DNA of 64,000 nt from Eledone cirrhosa (taxonomy: Eukaryota): assembly GCA_964016885.1 (NCBI GenBank), contig OZ024756.1, positions 32,302,001 through 32,366,000 of the forward strand. The letters run 5' to 3'. Below, piece by piece: positions 56,668 through 64,000 of this stretch (its first letter is position 1; each line of letters starts with the position of its first letter). The notes beneath the pieces were generated by a model. It searched no databases. It was not told the origin of the DNA and saw only the letters and a program-made list of their open reading frames with translations. The position numbers were made by a program, and so were the translations under genes.

Positions 56668-56699
<32 letters not shown>

Positions 56700-57359
56700 A
56701 AAATCTAAAAGGACCATTATGTCAAAATAACCCGATGTGTGCTGCTGTGGCTGCTGATATATACCTTTGCAAGTTTGCAAATTAAAGTCAGCTCGAGGCG
56801 ATGTGAATACCTAGCTATGTAATCAGACAGAGATAACATACGTATGAATATGTGAATATGTTTTTCAAACTACTTTGTCCATTCTTGTTGAAAAGTAGTT
56901 TACAACTAATGTTTGTTGTAACTAAAATATGTTATACATTCTGGAACATCATAGCTGTTAATTACAGATAATGCTCAAAAATAAATGTACATACTCGTTT
57001 TTTTCATAACACTTATACTTCTGTACCACATGAAACAATAGGAGGCTGGCATTTTTGAAAGGTACAAAATCCCCCTATGATAACATCATGTGAAAGATTA
57101 AACCTTTTAACCCTCTACTGAATGTTTTCATAAGGTTTTCTCCACTAGTAATGATACTGTAACATGCCACATAATAGAGCATTAGCAAGACTGCTTTGAG
57201 AAGTGTGAAATAGCACAATGACTGCCTTATATGAAAAGTTAAAAGCTTCTACTCTAATACTGTAAATATTTAAAACGATCTTTCCACTATGAAATATATT
57301 ATAAATATTTGAATTAAGAAACTAATTTTAAATATTTTCTGTTAGATTATTCATGATTA

Positions 57360-57690
57360 CGTGAGCACGTGCTTTGTATGTCCCATGAAAGAATCGAAGG
57401 ACAGAGTTTTCGGGCCAAACCAACCTGCAGGAAATCCAAGGGTAGAACCCGGACCAAGATGTTTCAATAACAACCATGAGCTTGGCTGGTTTTACTTTGG
57501 GATCCAGCCGAATCAGTTGGAGACGGTTGCATCTGACAGGGCCCGGTGAAAGAAGTGTTCGAGGACTCTGCCCCCTAGACCCTCTCAGGAAGAAGAAGAA
57601 GAAGAAGAAGAAGAAGAAGAAGAAGAAGAAGAAGAAGAAGAAGAAGAAGAAGAAGAAGAAGAAGAAGAAGAAGAAGAAGAAGAAGAAGAA
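57360..57690 (+). mobile_element. RTE-like LINE 3' end with (GAA)n tail
   Basis: Frameshifted remains of HV..M..ER....P.G.NPRGR.....FNN.HELGW...GIQPNQLETVASDRAR*..PRPS, followed by (gaa)n at 57589-57690. Confidence 0.6.
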
Positions 57691-57764
57691 TGATGACGAT
57701 TGTGTTAACAGTGAATGTGACGGCGGTGGAGTTGATGACGGTAATACATAGGGGTATCTTCTGT

Positions 57765-57958
57765 AGGCACAAGGCCAGATATTTGTGGTTGGGGAAGAGA
57801 AACTCGATTAAATCGACCCCGGTGTATTACTGGTACTTTATTTTATCGAGCCTGTAAAGTTGACAACGGTGTGATTTGAACTCAGAACATAAAGGGATGT
57901 CAATATATGCTACAAACCCTGGTGTCAGACGCTCTACCGCTACTGTCAATCCACCGCC
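57765..57958 (-). mobile_element. SINE, long 3' variant, internally deleted
   Basis: ggcacaaggccag...atcgaccccggtgtattactggtactttattttatcga...tcaatccaccgcc. Confidence 0.82.
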
Positions 57959-58269
57959 ATGACAGCATGAGTTTATATAACAATTCCGTTGACGACGTGA
58001 TGATGACGGTGACATTATGGTTACATTATTGACGTCAACAATAAATATGTTTACTGAACATTCAAAGGTCAACTATGACGTTATAAAAAAAAACAATTTC
58101 CTTTTAAAGAGAATATTCTTTTCTGAATATGTTTAGTTGATTGCCTGCTGCATGTCATGGCATTCCTATGGGTTGGCATGATTATGTAGAAAGTACTATC
58201 TCATGAAGTATGTAGCTATGCTAAACATCATATGTAGCTATATATATGATATATATGTAGCTATATATA

Positions 58270-58383
<114 letters not shown>

Positions 58384-58384
58384 C

Positions 58385-58419
<35 letters not shown>

Positions 58420-58467
58420 TAGTTATATGTGTATATATATGATATATATATATATGATGTATATATA

Positions 58468-58552
<85 letters not shown>

Positions 58553-58569
58553 TAGATAGTTATATGTGT

Positions 58570-58656
<87 letters not shown>

Positions 58657-58745
58657 TAGACAGGAACAGGAACAGAGAGGCAGTACAAATAGTGGTTTAT
58701 TAGGTTCACGCTTTTGAGAGTGTGTGTGTGTGTGGGGGGGGGGGG

Positions 58746-58787
<42 letters not shown>

Positions 58788-59437
58788 CATATATATGTAT
58801 AAATATAAATGTATATATATATATATATATACATACATATACAGGCACAGGCACGGGCAGACACAAGCAAACGAAGAAATAAATACACAAGTTCATTCAT
58901 ATACGTTTTAAATACTTCTGATATTGATGATCTTTCAGATAGAGGATGATGATAAGGATGATGGTGATGGTGATGGTGATGATGATGATGATGATGATGA
59001 TGACGACAATGATGATGATGATGATTGTGATGGTGTCGTTGTTGATGACGATGATGATGGCGGTTGTTTTGATGACGATGATTAAGAAGATGGAAAGTTA
59101 TAGTAGAAATATCTATATAGGCTTAACATTCATTTAAATTTATATTAAATACATATATGTCATTCGAAGCCATTACAATATTTTAAACTCTAAAACCCAT
59201 TAAAATATATTACAGCACGGTAAACCTTATAAACAACATAACAGCGTTTCTTAGTCTTGAACTTGACATTATATATATATATATATAAATTTTGAGTATA
59301 TGTTGGTTGTATACCAACACATCAATATGCAGAGTGGAGCACTCGACAGAGTGCGCAGATTGGTTTGGTTACTCCGGAGTAATGTAAAATAAAATAAAAT
59401 AAATAAGTCAAATGTTTAAAATTTGGCTTCGTTTATT

Positions 59438-59492
59438 ACTGCTATATATATTTCGGTGACAGCCATCTTTGACTGTGACCTCTTCAGGCAGT
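59438..59492 (-). ncRNA. Minimal type I hammerhead ribozyme
   Basis: Minus strand reads ACTGC-CTGAAGA-GGTCACAGTC-AAAGAT-GGCTGTCACC-GAAA-TATATA-TA-GCAGT. Stem I is 5/5, stem II is 9/10, stem III is short and palindromic, the cleavage triplet is AUA, and AATAAA follows immediately. Confidence 0.8.
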
Positions 59493-60029
59493 CCGAATTA
59501 GTGTGGTAGGACGACTACACATGTTGTTGAGGTTATTTAACTTTGTCAATACTCTGATATGCCCAGTTACTGGTTGGGTTGTTGTTTCACCGAGGAACTG
59601 GAATCATATGAATTTAAACAAACGAATTTCAGTATCAAAGGACATCCTCTCCTCTCATTGGTCAGTTGTGAGAACATACCTCAGTCAAAAGTCTATAGAA
59701 ATTCGTTCTGAGGCAAGGCAATCTGTAGTGGTTGTTCTTGTTATTGTTAAGTACATCTGACCTCTACTCTTATGTTGGTAGTGGTGTTGGTGTTAGAGTC
59801 AGCTCAATAAAATGATAAAGTGGTAGAAGGAATAAGGTGGTAAAGGAACAAAATAAAATAATCAAATAAAATGTGTGTGTGTTATACCCAATCTCAATGT
59901 TATAAAAATTTGTACGGTCACTCCTCCCATTGGTCAGTTTTGGTCTGCCATGTATATGAAGAAATGGAAGGCAATAAAATGAACAAAACAGAAAATAAAT
60001 AATAAATAGAAAATAAATGAAAAATTAAT

Positions 60030-60350
60030 GAAAAATAAAAAATGAAAAATGAAAAATGAAAAATGAAAAATGAAAAATGAAAAATGAAAAATGAAAAATG
60101 AAAAATGAAAAATGAAAAATGAAAAATGAAAAATGAAAAATGAAAAATGAAAAATGAAAAATGAAAAATGAAAAATGAAAAATGAAAAATGAAAAATGAA
60201 AAATGAAAAATGAAAAATGAAAAATGAAAAATGAAAAATGAAAAATGAAAAATGAAAAATGAAAAATGGAAATTGAAAAATGAAAGATGAAAAATGAAAA
60301 ATGAAAAATGAAAAATGAAAAATGAAAAATGAAAAATGAAAAATGAAAAT
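60030..60350. repeat. (AAAAATG)n heptanucleotide array
   Basis: Direct reading, roughly 45 units. Confidence 0.95.
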
Positions 60351-60914
60351 GAAAAGTGGAAAATAGAAGTGAAGATTCAAATCAAATAAAATGTGTGTGT
60401 GCTATAACCAATCTCAAGGGCAGAAAGATGTTGGATAAAGTGGTAGGAGAAACAAGATGGTAAATGAATAAGACGAAATAAGATAATCAAATAAAATGTG
60501 TGTGTGTTATAACCATTCTCAACTTAAATAGAAGGCAATAAAGTAAAGAAAACAAAACAAATGAAAAATCAAGTAAAATAAAATGTGTGTGTGTTATAAA
60601 GATGTTGGCCAAATTAGAAAGGCTGTGTCAGAATCAATCTCTAGATATATTTATTTCATTAAGGCTAAATAATGAGTTTTGTTACTTTGAACATTTGCCT
60701 GCTCATCACAGGGTCATCAGGCAAGAACAGACGAAACTCCAGAGTAATAAAACTCATTATTTAGCTTTAAAAAACTTGAATTTATAATTCTATTCCGGTA
60801 TTGAGTACTCATTTTATCAGAGCCGTCAACCATATGCGGATATATATGCAGTATATATATCTATATGGAGCATATATATCTATATGCAGCATGTATATCT
60901 ATATGCAGTATATA

Positions 60915-61225
60915 TATAGCGTGGTGGCTTGCCATATTGTGGCCTATAGTTACGGACGTTTCATCCTAACGGGGTTGATAAAATAAATTACTGGCTTACG
61001 ATAATTTCTGGCTTCTGCCAAAAGTAGAAACATTATTCAAGAAAACTTTGCAGCATAGAGTAACGGCCCTTTATGATCTGAGTTAAAATCTCGCCCAAGT
61101 TAGCTTTGCCTTTCATCCTTACGGGATCGATAAAATAAAGTACCAGTCACGCATTGGCGCAGATTTAATCGACTTTCCCCTCCCCGAAAATTGCTGGCCT
61201 TGTGTCTAAATCAGAAACCATTATT
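60915..61225 (+). mobile_element. Two partial SINE copies
   Basis: Main SINE core at about 60960 and 61100-61145. Confidence 0.78.
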
Positions 61226-61547
61226 CAAGAAAATTGAATATGAAATGCCAACATGATCTGCCTAAAGAAGGTGACGTGATTATATATAAGTATTATAAAT
61301 CTATTAATGAAGCTGAAGAATCAGCCATTGTCTAATGGTCTACTCACAATCACAGAAGGTGAAATATATTGCTAAAAGCGAAATGTTCAAATGTATTTGG
61401 TCGAGTAAGTTGCAGTTCTCAGAGTAGATTTTGTTAAATTCCCAAACGAAATGTAGGAAATAGCTGAGAGTTCCATTCATATATATTACATCCATAACAC
61501 ATTTGATAACTATTTTATTGATAATTGGGTGTATGTGTATGTTAGTA

Positions 61548-61610
<63 letters not shown>

Positions 61611-61619
61611 GAATCTACA

Positions 61620-62460
61620 GAATGCCATGTTGAAACGATGGCAAGAAAACCCTTACATAGCCAATACCAAAAAGTGCTGAATAGGAAGGAAGTGGACAAG
61701 AAAAATTCACAAAATTGTTTAAGAACTCTGGACTAAAGACCAACACAGAAGGATCTTTAACTGTGGCACAAGAAACCACACATAAACACAATGAAGGACA
61801 AAACAGTAACTGCAGAATATGTGTTGATGGAGAGAAAACAATTATCCATATTCTCACTGGCTGTCCAATATTAGCCAAAAACATTATACATCCACAAATA
61901 TGTTAGAATGGAGATTTATATACACTGGATTTATATACACTATGAAATACCAACAGAAGAAAACATGGTTAAAACATATACCAGCAACGGTCTCATTGTG
62001 ACAAAGCAACCAGATTCTGGGATATGGCAGTATACATAGATAGAGAGATCAAATACGAGCGACCAGCTGTTATAGTCGAAGCCAACATAGAAAAAGTTTC
62101 TCTTCTAATTGATGTATCAAATCACACAAACAAAAATATATCTATTAAGAACATGGTAAAAATATCTAAACATAATGTTATAGTTATAGAAATAACCCGA
62201 ATGGGGATGATAAAAAACAGAAACAATCCCTATAATAACAGATTCTCTGAGAATAATGAAAAAAGAAAAAAATATTCACAGGCATATACATAAACAAGGA
62301 CTTACAAATATATAAAGCATACAGAAAAGAGCACTGCGTACATATTACAAAGTGTCCTCACAATACAATAGAAATAACAACACCGAGAATCACACTAAAT
62401 GGACCAAATTCACACAGAGCTGTCCTCGGTAACGCAGTGAAAACACGCAATAAAACGACT
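61620..62460 (+). pseudogene. R4/Dong-like LINE 3' portion (CCHC knuckle plus restriction-like endonuclease), decayed
   Basis: KPLHSQY; GLKTNTEGSLTVAQE; CRICVDGEKTIIHILTGCPILAK; WDMAVYIDREIKYERP...LLIDVS. There are several frameshifts. Confidence 0.85.
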
Positions 62461-63027
62461 ACTACTTCTAAAAATAATGATAATACTAATTTTAAAATGA
62501 ATTCATATATTTCTCTCAAATTTGATAATAATCTGAAAGATTTCCAAATGATTTCCATCTCTCTTAAACTTCTGGCAAATTATCTATTAACGACTTCCTT
62601 GTAGAAAAGATCATAAAGAATTCAGCATTGTTGTATCAATTTCAGGCGACTTTCTGTCGCTACAGCTGTCGATACTCTGGATCACACTTCAGGTATTGTT
62701 GTCATTTATTTTCACTTCCTAGATATTTTTTCCCTTTACATATTTCCTACCCAGCATGGTGTTATTGATCTAACTCCAATATTGTTAACCCCATCACGAG
62801 TAAATTTGTATGTTGTTGTTCTTGTCGCTGTTGTAGTTTCCATGTAATTTAATATTGTTTTTGGTTTGTTTCATCAACGAGCAAATAGAATATGTTATTT
62901 TATTTTTTCTATCCAAAATCTTAAGGAAACAATCACCTTTATACAAGATGTCATTGAACACCAACAAACACACAGCATTGCGCTTCAACACTTCAATTCA
63001 TCTGTCCATAATGTATATATATATATA

Positions 63028-63070
<43 letters not shown>

Positions 63071-63907
63071 GATATGTCAAACGGTTTCCCTATGCTCGTC
63101 ACACTTCCACTTTGCAGGGCGCAACGCCTTGTAATATACGAAATGTTGAAATTTATACGAACGTGTGATATATTATTTATTTATTCATTTTCGATGAAAA
63201 CGTATAAAAAAAATCATATTTACATATATTTATATGTATGGACTGTTAATACAAAATATTCCACTACGTCATACAGAGAACAAAAATCGCCAAAAAACAA
63301 ACAAAAGTGGCGTACAGCTCAACAATAAAAATATCGAGCAACAAACAAACAAAAAAAAACAATCCTTAGAAAATAACAATAAAACATGAAGAACTGAAGA
63401 TATACTCAAACACGAATTTTTAAAAAAATGTCTACAAAGAAAATGAAAATTGTGTACAGCACGAAGAACAAAAACAAAACAAAAAACAAAAAATAATAAA
63501 TAAAACAACAACTGTAAATTAAAAACAAAACAATACTGAAGCAAGAAAAGATATTATCAAACATGTATTTAAATAAATTCTACAAGAGTTTGTTCAACTG
63601 TCAACGCATAAAGGAGACAAACACAAAACAACTTCACTTCTACAATGGATCGAGTTCAGCCATTTTGTTTAGCACTCTTCTCCTAAATCACAGCGAGAGA
63701 AATAAAAGAAAGAAAAGAGCAACATGTTCAAGCTGCATCTCCCTACATCCTTTCAAATAATCCCAGAAGAATGAGCAAAAGAATGAGTTGAACGAGGCTG
63801 ATAAAATGTCGACGCTATGATATTTTCAATGATAAAAAAGAAAATACAGAGAGGTTATCGGTCATTGCCCACTGAAAGATATATGGTATTGTATTCGAAG
63901 AGAGATT

Positions 63908-63960
<53 letters not shown>

Positions 63961-64000
63961 ATGTAAATATATACATATATATATATATACACATATTTAC

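Noticed and set aside
61343-61496. Possible minus-strand coding exon (ATG...GTGAGT donor)
   Set aside because: The peptide is unrecognisable and no partner exons were found. It needs RNA-seq.

Overview
Very AT-rich, microsatellite-saturated animal genomic DNA, intergenic or deep intronic. No host protein-coding exon, rRNA or CRISPR array can be supported. The SINE repertoire and (TA)n density point to an octopod cephalopod, which is an inference from remembered repeat motifs. Almost all listed ORFs are microsatellite translations. Recognisable content is about 30 copies of a tRNA-derived SINE, fragments of R4/Dong-like, CRE-like and RTE-like LINEs, a Helitron 3' end and a (TATG)n-associated repeat family. 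The most interesting signal is a set of (TA)n-anchored Penelope-like (PLE) relics with hammerhead-ribozyme motifs. These include one complete minimal type I hammerhead (59438-59492, minus strand), a GIY-YIG plus hammerhead element with an inverted end (1143-1922), and two families of short asymmetric fold-back elements whose hairpin axis lies in or beside the hammerhead motif. Local fold-back DNA is abundant, and two RTE-like copies show twin-priming-type 5' inversions with a shared endpoint. All calls are by eye and coordinates may be off by a few bases.
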